Source: Patescibacteria group bacterium
GTDB taxonomy: Bacteria; Patescibacteriota; Patescibacteriia; JBAZBY01
Direction: 5' to 3'
DNA: 64,000 nucleotides
Assembly: GCA_041671225.1 (NCBI GenBank)
Contig: JBAZBY010000001.1
Coordinates: 827,740 to 891,739 of the forward strand
Program-made: the position numbers and the translations under genes
In this document: one piece after another, positions 18,922 to 29,281 of the stretch
How positions within the stretch are numbered: the first letter of the stretch is position 1
Layout: each line of letters begins with the position of its first letter
The notes under the pieces: model-generated
Seen by the model: the letters and a program-made list of their open reading frames with translations, nothing else
Databases searched by the model: none
What the model was told of the DNA's origin: nothing

Positions 18922-19473
18922 CTAAAGTCCTAATTCCTCATGAATACTTTGCATTGCTTGCAAGCAATTTCCAATATGCTCCTCAAGTGTCACACCCAAA
19001 AGCGCCGCGCCCTGCGCAATGTTCTCGCGATTGACGTTGCGCGAGAATCCAGGATCTTTGTACTTTTTTAACACGGATTCCGTCGTCACCTCTTCAAGTT
19101 TTTTGTTTGGGCGCACCAGAGCAACCGCAACAATAAGCCCCGTGATCGTATCCGTGGCATAACATGCCTTTTCCATCATTGTTTCGCGTACAAAGCCCGG
19201 ATCATCATCATGTGCAAGAATAGCGCGCACGATATTTTCTGGCACACCCTTTTGGCGCAAAATTGGTGCGCCGTCCTTGGGATGATGGTGTTGCTCACCA
19301 TTCAATTCATAATCAAAATCATGAAGGAGGCCGGTAACGCCCCACAACTCCTCATCCTCGCCAAACTTCCTTGCATAAGAGCGCATGCAAGCCTCTACGG
19401 CACGGCAATGGCTGCGAAGGTTTTTATTCTGCAGGTATTCATCCAAAATAGCTACTGCTTCATCCCGTGTCAT
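18922..19473 (-). CDS. HD-domain phosphohydrolase
   Basis: H..H....LLHD motif (RSHCRAVEAC...GLLHDFDYE). Confidence 0.7.
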   Translation of the reverse strand: MTRDEAVAILDEYLQNKNLRSHCRAVEACMRSYARKFGEDEELWGVTGLLHDFDYELNGEQHHHPKDGAPILRQKGVPENIVRAILAHDDDPGFVRETMMEKACYATDTITGLIVAVALVRPNKKLEEVTTESVLKKYKDPGFSRNVNRENIAQGAALLGVTLEEHIGNCLQAMQSIHEELGL

Positions 19474-20936
19474 GATTGTTCCGGTTTAAGTGTTGGGAAG
19501 AGAATAACTTCCTTAAGATTCTGCGTGTCAGCGAGCATCATCATGAATCGATCAACGCCAAGGCCGAATCCTGCAGTTGGCGGCATGCCTGTTTCGAGCG
19601 TCTGCACATAATCCAAATCCATTTCATGCGCCTCAGCATCTCCTTTTGCTTTTTGTGCAGCCTGGTCCGTAAAGCGCTGTTCCTGATCAATCGGGTCATT
19701 CAATTCCGAAAATGCCTTCACAAGTTCCATGCCGCCGGCAATGAGCTGAAAACTTTCCACAAGCATGGGGTCGTCTTCTCTTCGCTTTGCGAGTGGCAAA
19801 AGTTCAACCGGATGGTCGATGAGGAAGGTTGGTTCGATAAGATTTTTGCGAACGCGTTCCTTGTAGAGTTCATCTGCGATTTTGCCTACCCCTGCAGTGT
19901 CAGGTATATCCAATGTAAACTGTGCAATGATATCCTTTGCTTTTGCCGCGCGAATCTCCGCAAGCGTAACGCCCGCGTGCTCCTTCAGCAGTGAATCAAA
20001 TGTTTTGCGCTGGAATGGCTTTTTAAATGATATCTTCTGTTTTTGATACGTAAGCTCCAGTTTACCAAGAACATCCTTTACAAGCGTGGCAATAAAATCC
20101 TCGGTAAGATCCATCAGTTCCTCGTAGTTCGCATACGCCATGTAGAACTCAAGCATCGTGAACTCCGGCGAATGTGATTGGTCGATGCCCTCATTGCGAA
20201 ACGACTTGCCTATTTCATAGACGCGATCAAAACCACCGGCAATGAGCCGCTTTAAATAAAGTTCAGGCGCGATGCGAAGATAAAAATCCGTGTCGTGTGC
20301 GTTATGATGCGTCACGAACGGACGCGCAACCGCGCCGCCGGCTATACTCTGCAGTATCGGCGTTTCCACTTCAAGAAAATCATGGGCATCAAGAAATGTT
20401 CTGATGCTCGTAAGTAGCACTGCGCGTTTGCGAAAAATCTCCCGCACTTCAAGATTGGAAAGCAGGTCAAGATGGCGTTTGCGATAACGCACTTCAATAT
20501 CAGCAAGTCCGTGCCATTTCTCTGGCAGCGGTGCAAGTGCCTTTGCAAGGAATAAAAAGGATTTTGCCTCAAGTGTCTTCTCACCCTTCTTGGTGGTAAA
20601 CAGTGTACCGGTACAGGAAACAACATCACCAATATCTGCGCCATCTTGCCAAAGTGTATATGCTTCATCCCCAAGAGTATCTTTCTTCAAGTAGGCTTGA
20701 AAACTCCCTGAGCCATCCTCAAGCGTAATAAAAGAAGAGCCGCCATGCCCCCGAATGGCACGCACGCGCCCGGCAATGGTCAGTGCCTTTTTTCCCTTGA
20801 GCGCATCAAACTGTTCTACAGCTTCCGCGAGTGTTACATCCCGATGCCCACGTGATGGGTATGGATTCACGCCCTTGGAGCGGAGCACTTCAAGTTTATC
20901 CCTCCGAATCTGTTCCTGTTCAGAAAACTTCCGCAT
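19470..20936 (-). CDS. lysS: Lysyl-tRNA synthetase (class II)
   Basis: OB-fold anticodon-binding N-terminus and class II motifs (FRNEGID, GGMELV...GLGIDR). Confidence 0.95.
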   Translation of the reverse strand: MRKFSEQEQIRRDKLEVLRSKGVNPYPSRGHRDVTLAEAVEQFDALKGKKALTIAGRVRAIRGHGGSSFITLEDGSGSFQAYLKKDTLGDEAYTLWQDGADIGDVVSCTGTLFTTKKGEKTLEAKSFLFLAKALAPLPEKWHGLADIEVRYRKRHLDLLSNLEVREIFRKRAVLLTSIRTFLDAHDFLEVETPILQSIAGGAVARPFVTHHNAHDTDFYLRIAPELYLKRLIAGGFDRVYEIGKSFRNEGIDQSHSPEFTMLEFYMAYANYEELMDLTEDFIATLVKDVLGKLELTYQKQKISFKKPFQRKTFDSLLKEHAGVTLAEIRAAKAKDIIAQFTLDIPDTAGVGKIADELYKERVRKNLIEPTFLIDHPVELLPLAKRREDDPMLVESFQLIAGGMELVKAFSELNDPIDQEQRFTDQAAQKAKGDAEAHEMDLDYVQTLETGMPPTAGFGLGVDRFMMMLADTQNLKEVILFPTLKPEQS

Positions 20937-21017
20937 ACCTTATGAGTATAGCATTCCTTTTGCTTTACGAAAACGCCCGAGCGATGCCGGGTGTACCCTC
21001 AAAAGATCCCACCGCAA

Positions 21018-21485
21018 CTAGTGAATCTTCTTGATCTGGAAGCTTAGTTTGCCCTTTGGAACTTCAATTTCAATACTTTCGCCAACCTTCTTGCCGAGGA
21101 ATGCCTGACCAAGTGGCGACTCATTAGAAATAAAGCCTTCCGTCGGATCTGCTTCATTACTCCCAACAATAGAATAGGTATGTTGGAGACCGTCGCTCTC
21201 AACCTCAACTTTTGAACCGACTTGTATATGATCCTTCGTCGCTTCCTGATTTTCTATAAGCTCGGCATTTTTAACAATGACCTCAAGCTCCGCAATACGG
21301 CCTTCAGTAAATGACTGCTGCTCTTTTGCCTCAGCATACTCCGCATTCTCCGAAAGATCGCCAAGTTCTTTGGCATCCTGAATACGATCGGAAATTTCCT
21401 TCCGTTTCACTGTTTTGAGCTCAAGGAGTTCAGCACTGAGTTTCTCAAGGCCTTCCTTGGTGAGATATGTCTTTTTTTCTGCCAT
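21018..21485 (-). CDS. greA: Transcription elongation factor GreA
   Basis: Full-length match (LTKEGLEKLSAEL...DLSENAEY...). Confidence 0.95.
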   Translation of the reverse strand: MAEKKTYLTKEGLEKLSAELLELKTVKRKEISDRIQDAKELGDLSENAEYAEAKEQQSFTEGRIAELEVIVKNAELIENQEATKDHIQVGSKVEVESDGLQHTYSIVGSNEADPTEGFISNESPLGQAFLGKKVGESIEIEVPKGKLSFQIKKIH

Positions 21486-21563
21486 ACAATAGTATGCGGC
21501 CGAGTTACCCCTGAGGGTGGCTCGTTTAACCGTACAACCAATAATTTAGGCTTACGGTGAAGC

Positions 21564-21591
21564 ATCATACCTTATATGCAGAATCTGTCAA
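21564..21591 (-). promoter_or_regulatory. Promoter for greA
   Basis: Minus strand: TTGACA-16nt-TATGAT. A small CCCUGAGGG hairpin sits in the leader. Confidence 0.4.
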
Positions 21592-21612
21592 TATCCCCTT
21601 TTTTGGCGATAA

Positions 21613-23520
21613 TTAAAGCTCAAAATAACTCTCCAACATAGCGCGAACAACCGGCAAAGCAGTGCTGCTCCCCTCGCCTCCTGCTTCCACAATGACCGCA
21701 ATGGCCAGTTCTGGATTATCAAAAGGCGCATATGCCGTAAACCATGCATGAGTCTTTGTGCCGTCCCCAAATTGTGCCGTCCCTGTTTTTGCAGCCACCT
21801 CGATGGGGAGCGTATTCAGTGAACGGGCACTCCCTGCGGTAACCGTTTGACGCAATGCATCCTGCACAATGTCAATGGCACTGGCATCTTCAACCTGAAA
21901 ATTCAACACTGTTTCCTCTGGAAAAATTTCGATGCCGTCAGCATATTTTGTGTGCTCCACGATGTGTGGACGATACAATGTACCTCCATTTGCAATCGTT
22001 GCCATCATATTTGCCATCTGTAACGGCGTAACAAGAAGATCTCCCTGGCCAATTGAAAGGTTATAGGTGTCTCCGATGTACCAACGCTCTCCTTTTGTTT
22101 CTTCTTTCCACTCCTTGCTTGGAAGAAAACCATTTTGCTCACCGGGAAGATCAATTCCTAATACACTATTCAATCCGAATTTTTGAAGGTGGTCTGTAAT
22201 ACGCGCAACGCCAAGGCCAGTAAAGTCCTCATACCCGCCTCCGATGGTATAAAAAAACGTATTCACGGAATCTGCAATGGCATGGTACACATCAGTAACG
22301 CCATGCCCGCCTGCTCGCCAATCAGGAAAAAACCACTGCCCAATACGTAAGCCACCCGTACTTTCAACTGTCGTGCGTGACGTTATCACGCCCTCGGCAA
22401 GTGCCGCTGCAGCAATGGCCGGCTTGATAATGGAACCCGAGGGATACTCGCCCGAGACGGCACGATCAAAAAGTGGACGCTCTTCAGAAGTGAGGTATTC
22501 TTCACCCTGTTCTGTGGTAAGACCCTGAATAAACGCATTCGGATCAAAAGACGGCATACTCACGAGTGCGCGCACTTCACCATTACGTGGATCAATGGCA
22601 ACCACGGCACCGGCATGCACATTGGTGCGCTCAATAACGTCTTTGAGAGCGCTGTAGGCACGCTCCTGAAGTCCGGCATCAATAGTAAGATGCAGATCTG
22701 CTCCGGCAACAGGATCTTTGCGTGCGACGGTGCGTTTACGATTATTAAGAAAATCTCGCTCTATCTGCTGCTCGCCAGCGTCACCATGCAAGGGGCGCTC
22801 ATACACCGTCTCGAGTCCGCTTTTGCCAACAATGTCGATCTTGCCATATTCAGGGTACTGCTCCTCTTCCAGTTCTGAAATTTTTCCAACATACCCAAGA
22901 AGATGTGCAAAACTCTCACCCTTCAAATAATGACGCTCGGCAATGGATTGCACCACTGTACCACGAATACCGCTAAGTTTGATTTCTGCGGCTATTGCCT
23001 CGTCATACGTAAGACGCGCCTTCACTACCACCGGGACTGAACTGATCGATTCTGTATCGGCAAGTTCTGCATCTAATGCTTCTTTGTTTATTGCCAGGAT
23101 TTCTGCAAGTGAGGAGATGTCTTCATCTGTATATGAAAATTCAGCTGGAATAACATGTACTTCAAAATTTGGAACATTTTCAACAAGTGGCTCGCCATTT
23201 CTATCAAAAAAAAGTCCTCGTGTAGGCAGTATCCGCTCCAGCTTAATACGATTCTGCTCTGCTTCTTCACGATAAAATCCACCGCGCGCAATTTGAAGAT
23301 AAAAAAGTCTTCCAAAAAGAAGAAAGAAGCCAGCGCCAACAAGCAACACAACGAGTAAAAAAACAGAACGTGAAAAACGCGTTGAAAACGGAAAAGCCCC
23401 CGCATTCTCGTCTGCCAATGATTCAGAAATATCATGCGCGCGATGATCGCGTCGAATAGAGCGATCATGAATCTCGCCGCCTTCAAACTTCACGCTAAAT
23501 GGATCACCTCCCTGTACCAT
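21613..23520 (-). CDS. mrdA: Penicillin-binding protein 2 (peptidoglycan D,D-transpeptidase)
   Basis: SGSIIKP (SxxK), SVN and KTGTAQF motifs. Start placed at MVQGGDPF (23520), 16 nt downstream of the mreD stop; the ORF track extends to 23622. Confidence 0.85.
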   Translation of the reverse strand: MVQGGDPFSVKFEGGEIHDRSIRRDHRAHDISESLADENAGAFPFSTRFSRSVFLLVVLLVGAGFFLLFGRLFYLQIARGGFYREEAEQNRIKLERILPTRGLFFDRNGEPLVENVPNFEVHVIPAEFSYTDEDISSLAEILAINKEALDAELADTESISSVPVVVKARLTYDEAIAAEIKLSGIRGTVVQSIAERHYLKGESFAHLLGYVGKISELEEEQYPEYGKIDIVGKSGLETVYERPLHGDAGEQQIERDFLNNRKRTVARKDPVAGADLHLTIDAGLQERAYSALKDVIERTNVHAGAVVAIDPRNGEVRALVSMPSFDPNAFIQGLTTEQGEEYLTSEERPLFDRAVSGEYPSGSIIKPAIAAAALAEGVITSRTTVESTGGLRIGQWFFPDWRAGGHGVTDVYHAIADSVNTFFYTIGGGYEDFTGLGVARITDHLQKFGLNSVLGIDLPGEQNGFLPSKEWKEETKGERWYIGDTYNLSIGQGDLLVTPLQMANMMATIANGGTLYRPHIVEHTKYADGIEIFPEETVLNFQVEDASAIDIVQDALRQTVTAGSARSLNTLPIEVAAKTGTAQFGDGTKTHAWFTAYAPFDNPELAIAVIVEAGGEGSSTALPVVRAMLESYFEL

Positions 23521-24054
23521 GGTTTGGTGCCATAAAAAGTCGGGTGATGATTGGTTGGAGCACGACGCGCCAAAAAAGCAGAACAAGAAGATAAAGACCG
23601 AGCCCCACAAACATCCGCTCAATAAAAAGCACAGAAAGGTTACGCGTCATGCTTAAAACGTCACCCTCTCCGCCAAAAAAGAGAAGGACATGCATAAGCA
23701 ACCAGGCAAGAAAATCAGAGAGCAGGATGCCGCTCGCAATAGTAAGAACCGCAGAGAAACTTGTCTCCCGTGTGAAAACGGTACGAAAAAGAAAAAACAA
23801 TGCGATCACTGCTGCGGGATATGCAAGGAGAAAAGTTCCAAATGGAAAGGGAAGGTAGAGGTCCAAGCCAAGTCCAATCAGAGCAGCGCTAACAATGCCA
23901 AATCCGATGCCTTGGTTCACAAGTAAGACAAAGGTGAGCAATGATGATAGCGGCAAAAAAAGCCACAATCCACCTAATGCAGACTGCAGCGCAAAGAGAG
24001 CAAGTGCAACATACCATGCAAAAATCGCAGCAAAAACCAGAAGAACGTTCTTCA
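23504..24054 (-). CDS. mreD: Rod shape-determining protein MreD
   Basis: Small polytopic membrane protein directly after mreC. ATG at 24054 overlaps the mreC stop. Confidence 0.65.
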
Positions 24055-24855
24055 TAAGGTAATAACCGCGACGGTTATGAGCTCTTGCAACTCCCATGGT
24101 GGAGCAACCTGTGCCCTTTTAAAAAGCTCACTGCCTAGTTCTTCAACGCTCAGAACCTCACCAATCACGAGACCGGGGGGTATGGCCTCCTCAATGCCAG
24201 CCGTAAGCACCACTGTGCGCTCCCCTACCTCTGTGTCGCGCGGGATAAGCTCCATTGTCAGTGAAAGTCCCAATTGTCCGCTCACAATGCCTTGTGGTGC
24301 ACCATTACCGGCAAATGTCGCTGAAAGTTGCGTGTCATTATCAAAAAGAAGTTGAACACGAGCAGAATGTGAAAAAACCTCTCGCACAACACCAACGAGA
24401 AATCCTTCACGAAAAACAACCGCCTGTCCAATTGCAACACCATCAGCTTCGCCTTTGTCTAAAAGAAGGGATGATGCGTCTTGATAACTAAAAACATTTG
24501 TTGTTCTCGCGAGCAAGAACGGCAAGTCGCGTTCGGCAAGAAAATCTGCCGCTGGCGAAGCTGCCTGCAATTCTGTGAGCCGCGTGGTGAGTCTTGCATT
24601 ATCAATGATAAGATCCTCCACCTGGAGGCGGAGTTCCTTATTCTCTGCTGTAAGTGCTTCCACCGATTTTGCGTCTCCACTCCCTATCTGTTTCTGTCCA
24701 AGCCGAGAAAACGCGCCGGTTACGGGTTGTGTGACCCGTAGCAAAAGATCCTCGAAGGGTTTGAGCACGCCAACACCATGCAGTAAGACAAGAAGAAAAA
24801 CAACAATAAAGACCCAAAGGACGAGTTTTGTCTGTGGACGGTCAGCTTTTTTCAT
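24052..24855 (-). CDS. mreC: Rod shape-determining protein MreC
   Basis: N-terminal TM, coiled coil, beta-rich C-terminal domain. Follows mreB. Confidence 0.8.
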   Translation of the reverse strand: MKKADRPQTKLVLWVFIVVFLLVLLHGVGVLKPFEDLLLRVTQPVTGAFSRLGQKQIGSGDAKSVEALTAENKELRLQVEDLIIDNARLTTRLTELQAASPAADFLAERDLPFLLARTTNVFSYQDASSLLLDKGEADGVAIGQAVVFREGFLVGVVREVFSHSARVQLLFDNDTQLSATFAGNGAPQGIVSGQLGLSLTMELIPRDTEVGERTVVLTAGIEEAIPPGLVIGEVLSVEELGSELFKRAQVAPPWELQELITVAVITL

Positions 24856-24858
24856 GGA

Positions 24859-25914
24859 CTACGAAAGAAGTGATTCACTATCACTGGTCAGTACCAGCAC
24901 ATTGCGGAGCGAGTCCAACTCATCCAGAACAATTCCTGTACCGCGTACGACCGCTGTTAATGGATCGTCAACGACGTGTACAGGAATTTGTGTTGCCTCG
25001 TGAATAAGCGTATCAAGCCCACGGAGCAGCGCACCACCGCCAGAAAGCACAATGCCTCGTTCAAAAATATCTGCAACGAGTTCCGGGGGAGTATCCTCAA
25101 TGGTCGTTTTGACGTTTTCCACAATGGTCTTCAGTGAACGTGCGAATGACTCACGCACTTGCTCGCTGGTAATGAGAACCTCCTTTGGTAATCCGGTAAT
25201 GAGATCACGGCCTCGCATTTTTGTTTCACGCAATTCAACGCTTGGGTGGGCTGAGCCAATTTGAATCTTGATATCTTCCGCAGTGCGCTCACCAAGAAGA
25301 AGATTAAAATGATCACGCGCATACTGAATAATATTGTGATTCATCTCATCTCCTGCAGCGTGGAGTGTCCGCCATGCGACAATACCTCCAAGAGAGATAA
25401 CAGCAATATCTGTGGTGCCACCACCGATATCAATGAGCATATTGCCCGTTGCTTCTTGAATAGGAAGTCGCGCTCCAATTGCAGATGCCATTGGCTGTTC
25501 AATAAGATACACTTCTCGCGCGCCAGCATGAAGCGCCGCGTCTTCCACGGCCTTACGCTCCACTTCTGTGATACCGAGTGGGATACCAATCACAATACGC
25601 GGGCGCGGCATAAATGCCGCACTCTCGCGATGCACTTTGCTAATAAAATATTTAAGCATGCGCTCCGTTACCTCGAAATCAGAAATGACGCCATGAACAA
25701 GTGGCCGCGTTGCTGTGATATGCGCAGGAGTTTTCCCCACCATACGACGGGCGTCCTCCCCAACAGCAAGAATCTGGTCTGTACGGGTATTTACCGCAAC
25801 CACAGATGGTTCATTCATCACCACACCCTTGTCTTTCACATACACAAGCGTGTTCGCGGTGCCGAGATCCACCCCCATATCCCGGGAAAATTTTCCCAAT
25901 ATTCTATTGATCAT
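24859..25914 (-). CDS. mreB: Rod shape-determining protein MreB (copy 1, in the mreBCD-PBP2 operon)
   Basis: GVDLGTANTLVYVKDKGVVMNEPSVVAV and actin-fold motifs. Confidence 0.95.
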   Translation of the reverse strand: MINRILGKFSRDMGVDLGTANTLVYVKDKGVVMNEPSVVAVNTRTDQILAVGEDARRMVGKTPAHITATRPLVHGVISDFEVTERMLKYFISKVHRESAAFMPRPRIVIGIPLGITEVERKAVEDAALHAGAREVYLIEQPMASAIGARLPIQEATGNMLIDIGGGTTDIAVISLGGIVAWRTLHAAGDEMNHNIIQYARDHFNLLLGERTAEDIKIQIGSAHPSVELRETKMRGRDLITGLPKEVLITSEQVRESFARSLKTIVENVKTTIEDTPPELVADIFERGIVLSGGGALLRGLDTLIHEATQIPVHVVDDPLTAVVRGTGIVLDELDSLRNVLVLTSDSESLLS

Positions 25915-27635
25915 GACAGCTCAGAATAGTACGCTTTCAGTTCATTTGCAAGTCCTGTCTTCGTAAGCATCTTTTTCTCTCTTTCAGTGCGCAACTTCCA
26001 CTCAATCTTGCCTTTTGTCTTTTCAGAGATCACCAGGCGCACAGGAATACCGATTAAATCAGCATCATTAAACTTCTCTCCTGGTGAGGCTTTGCGATCA
26101 TCCAATAAGACCTCATATCCTTTTTTTGTAAGATCCTTTTCCAGCGCTTCCGCCTCCTTGCTCCCATCCTTTGTAAGATCAAGGATGTGGACATGAAATG
26201 GCGCGACTTGCTTTGGCCAGATGATGCCGTGCTCATCATGAAATTTCTCCACAAGCACGCCCATTGTTCGGGATGTTCCAATGCCATATGACGCCATATA
26301 GACGTGCTGCTGCCCGCCATGTGCATCGGTATACAGATACTTGAATGCTTTTGAAAACTTTGTTTCCAGTGGAAAAATATTTCCGACCTCAGATGTTTTA
26401 ATCATTCGATATGCTGCGCCTGTTTCCGGATTCTCATCGCCTTCCTTCGCAAGTTTAATATCATAGAATGTCTTGGGCTTTGGAATGTCTCTCCCCCAAT
26501 TCGCATTTATCGTATGATAATTCGTTCTATTTGCACCAACCTCAAAATTCACGCGGTGCTCAAGCGCATCATCCACGAACATACGCACGTTTTTCTTTAA
26601 ATCCAAAATACCAGCATACCCAACCGCAGCGCCAGTGACCTCCTCGACGATTTTTTCGTCTGCAAGAAACACTTTTGCAGTTCCTGCTGCTTTTGCAAGT
26701 TTAATCTCATTCATTTCGTAGTCACCGCGCACCGCTGCAACTATCGGCTCATGCTCTGCAGTGACATAAATAAGCGTCTTGGTTGTCTGCTCCGGCTTTA
26801 CCTTCAAAAAAGCAGCAAGTTCAGCTACGCCGATGATCCCCTCACCCTTCACGTCTTTTCGCGGTAAGAGTTCCTTCTCCTGAAAAATCTCCAAAGCTCG
26901 CGAAGGTGCAATTTCCTTGTTGTATGCCGCCTTTGTTTTTGTATCAACAAAGATCCAATCCTCACCGGTTTCGCATTCTGTTTGAAATTCGTGTGAAAAA
27001 TTTTCAGTAAAATCACCGCCAGAGGCCGCAACGTAGTGTGTTGCATCGCCAATACCAAGGCGATCAAAAATACGATGATACACCTCTTTTACACGTGCGT
27101 AGAATGCCAACATGTCCTTTTCATCTGTATGAAAGCTATACAAATCTTTCATGCGGAATTCGCGCGTGCGAAGCAAGCCGCTCTTTGGTCTCTCCTCATT
27201 GCGAAATTTTGTCTGAATCTGGTACACAGCGAATGGAAAATCTTTATGGCTCACCTTCACGTGTTTTGCGATCGGCGTGATGATATCTTCATGCGTTGGA
27301 TTCAGAATATATTCGGCATTATTACGTGCAGCAGAATACGTATTTGCCGGAACAACCTTAAGTAACACATCCACTGTCTCGAGTCGTTTACTTATTTCCC
27401 AATTTTCCAAGGGAGAGAGAGAGGGCATAAGGAGCTCTTGGCCAACCGTATCTACTTCATTGCGTATGATATTTTCAATCTTATTCAATACACGCCAACC
27501 CAATGGTAGGAAGGTATACACCCCGGCCATGGTCTTATGAATAAACCCCCCCTGCGTCAGGAAGCGCGCATTAACGCTTGCCTCGTTTGCAGGAGTGTTC
27601 TTTGACGTTTGACTAAAAAAAATGGATTGACGCAT
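25911..27635 (-). CDS. proS: Prolyl-tRNA synthetase
   Basis: Class II ProRS motifs and anticodon-binding domain. Confidence 0.9.
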   Translation of the reverse strand: MRQSIFFSQTSKNTPANEASVNARFLTQGGFIHKTMAGVYTFLPLGWRVLNKIENIIRNEVDTVGQELLMPSLSPLENWEISKRLETVDVLLKVVPANTYSAARNNAEYILNPTHEDIITPIAKHVKVSHKDFPFAVYQIQTKFRNEERPKSGLLRTREFRMKDLYSFHTDEKDMLAFYARVKEVYHRIFDRLGIGDATHYVAASGGDFTENFSHEFQTECETGEDWIFVDTKTKAAYNKEIAPSRALEIFQEKELLPRKDVKGEGIIGVAELAAFLKVKPEQTTKTLIYVTAEHEPIVAAVRGDYEMNEIKLAKAAGTAKVFLADEKIVEEVTGAAVGYAGILDLKKNVRMFVDDALEHRVNFEVGANRTNYHTINANWGRDIPKPKTFYDIKLAKEGDENPETGAAYRMIKTSEVGNIFPLETKFSKAFKYLYTDAHGGQQHVYMASYGIGTSRTMGVLVEKFHDEHGIIWPKQVAPFHVHILDLTKDGSKEAEALEKDLTKKGYEVLLDDRKASPGEKFNDADLIGIPVRLVISEKTKGKIEWKLRTEREKKMLTKTGLANELKAYYSELS

Positions 27636-28744
27636 TAGAAGATTCGACCAAAGAATGTTGCAATCGCTTCACCAATGCCAAAGCGCGAAAAATCACGAAC
27701 GGAGATGACAAGAATCAACAAGATCAGTGCATAGAAACCAACGCCATGGATCCATCCTTCTGCCTTCTGGCTAATGGCGCGACCGCGTATCTTTTCAAGA
27801 AACAAAAAGAATAAACGGCCTCCATCAAGTGCCGGGATAGGAAGAACATTAATGACGGCAAGGCTCAATGAAAGAATTGCCACGAACTGTAAGAGATACT
27901 GCGGTCCGAGCTCTGCGATCTGGCCGGTCATTGCCGCGATGCCAATCGGCCCAGCAACATCAGACGAAATGGTCTGACTCACAACAAGATCACGAACAAG
28001 ACGGCCAAATGAGACAAGAATCTGCCACGTGAAATCTGCTGTTGCAGCAACGCCTCGCCAAATAGCTTCAAAAAAAGGATATGAGACAAGCCCTGATTCC
28101 AACAAACCAATGCCAATCTGCGCCTGGCCATTGACCTCTGCGATGCTCGTTTGAATAGCGAATATTTCATTATCACGTTCAATACTGAGCGTTACTTCAT
28201 CCCCAATATGCGCCGCGGTATAGGCGCGAAGATCTGTGGCGCGAACAATCTCTACATCATCAATCATACGCAGTGTATCCCCTGCTTCAAGCGTCGTCTC
28301 TGCGGCTGGAGAATTCTCCTCAATATTCACTATCTGTACGCGCGCATCAGCAATACGTGCTGTCTCCGGCAAAGTATCATTGAGGACACTCGGCAATCCC
28401 GTCCAAAAACCAATCACCAATAATATCGCGGCGAGTACAAAATTAACACTGACACCAGCGGCAATAATAATGGCACGGCGCCCGATGCTCTTATGCACAA
28501 AACTATCTTCATCCTCTGCAGCGTCACCACCTTCACCTTTAAGGCGAACAAAACCGCCAAAAGGGATCCAATTAATCGTATAAACAGTCTCGCTGTTTTT
28601 TGGACGCCAACCCCAAATACGTGGAGGGAACCCAAAACCAAACTCCTCAGCGCGCACTCCTAAACGGCGCGCGGAAATGAAGTGTCCAAGTTCATGAAGA
28701 CAGACGATACCGGAAAGGATGAAAATAAAGAGAAGGACGCTCAT
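27635..28744 (-). CDS. rseP: Site-2 protease RseP (M50 zinc metalloprotease with PDZ)
   Basis: HELGHF zinc motif in the first TM, internal PDZ-like region, C-terminal LDGG motif. Confidence 0.9.
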   Translation of the reverse strand: MSVLLFIFILSGIVCLHELGHFISARRLGVRAEEFGFGFPPRIWGWRPKNSETVYTINWIPFGGFVRLKGEGGDAAEDEDSFVHKSIGRRAIIIAAGVSVNFVLAAILLVIGFWTGLPSVLNDTLPETARIADARVQIVNIEENSPAAETTLEAGDTLRMIDDVEIVRATDLRAYTAAHIGDEVTLSIERDNEIFAIQTSIAEVNGQAQIGIGLLESGLVSYPFFEAIWRGVAATADFTWQILVSFGRLVRDLVVSQTISSDVAGPIGIAAMTGQIAELGPQYLLQFVAILSLSLAVINVLPIPALDGGRLFFLFLEKIRGRAISQKAEGWIHGVGFYALILLILVISVRDFSRFGIGEAIATFFGRIF

Positions 28745-29280
28745 GTGATAGAAGTTATTTCTTTTTCCTTATCATCCGCCACTGTGGTGAATGCCTTTTG
28801 ATATTTTTGCACAAGCTCTTGCAGACTTTTTTCTCCGCGCTCCCGCACATCCTCTGAGGATTCATTCACTTTCAATTCCTTCAAAAAATCCTCCCGCAAA
28901 CTCTTCAGTGCGATTTTGGCATCCTCATGTTTTGCATGAACCACCTTCACAAACTCAAGACGTCGCTCTTCTGTAAGTGGCGGGATATTCACACGTACAA
29001 CGTCACCATCATTATTTGCAGGAAGTTGCAGGTCAGATTGCTGCACCGCAGCCTCAACTGCCTTCAGTTGGGTTTTATCCCATGGCTGTATGACAATCAT
29101 GCGAGGCTCAGGCGTGGTGATTGTTGCCATTTGTAACAATGGAGTTGGTGCGCCATAGTAGTCCACAAGTATACCCTCAACAAGTGAAGGATTTGCGCGT
29201 CCTGTGCGTATACTCGAGATACTCTCCTTGAGATGGACAAGCGTCTTTTCTGCCTTTTCTGTAAAAGTTTCGACGGTCAT
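28741..29280 (-). CDS. frr: Ribosome recycling factor
   Basis: Full-length Frr match (RTGRANPSLVEGILVDYYG...). Confidence 0.95.
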   Translation of the reverse strand: MTVETFTEKAEKTLVHLKESISSIRTGRANPSLVEGILVDYYGAPTPLLQMATITTPEPRMIVIQPWDKTQLKAVEAAVQQSDLQLPANNDGDVVRVNIPPLTEERRLEFVKVVHAKHEDAKIALKSLREDFLKELKVNESSEDVRERGEKSLQELVQKYQKAFTTVADDKEKEITSIT

Positions 29281-29281
29281 G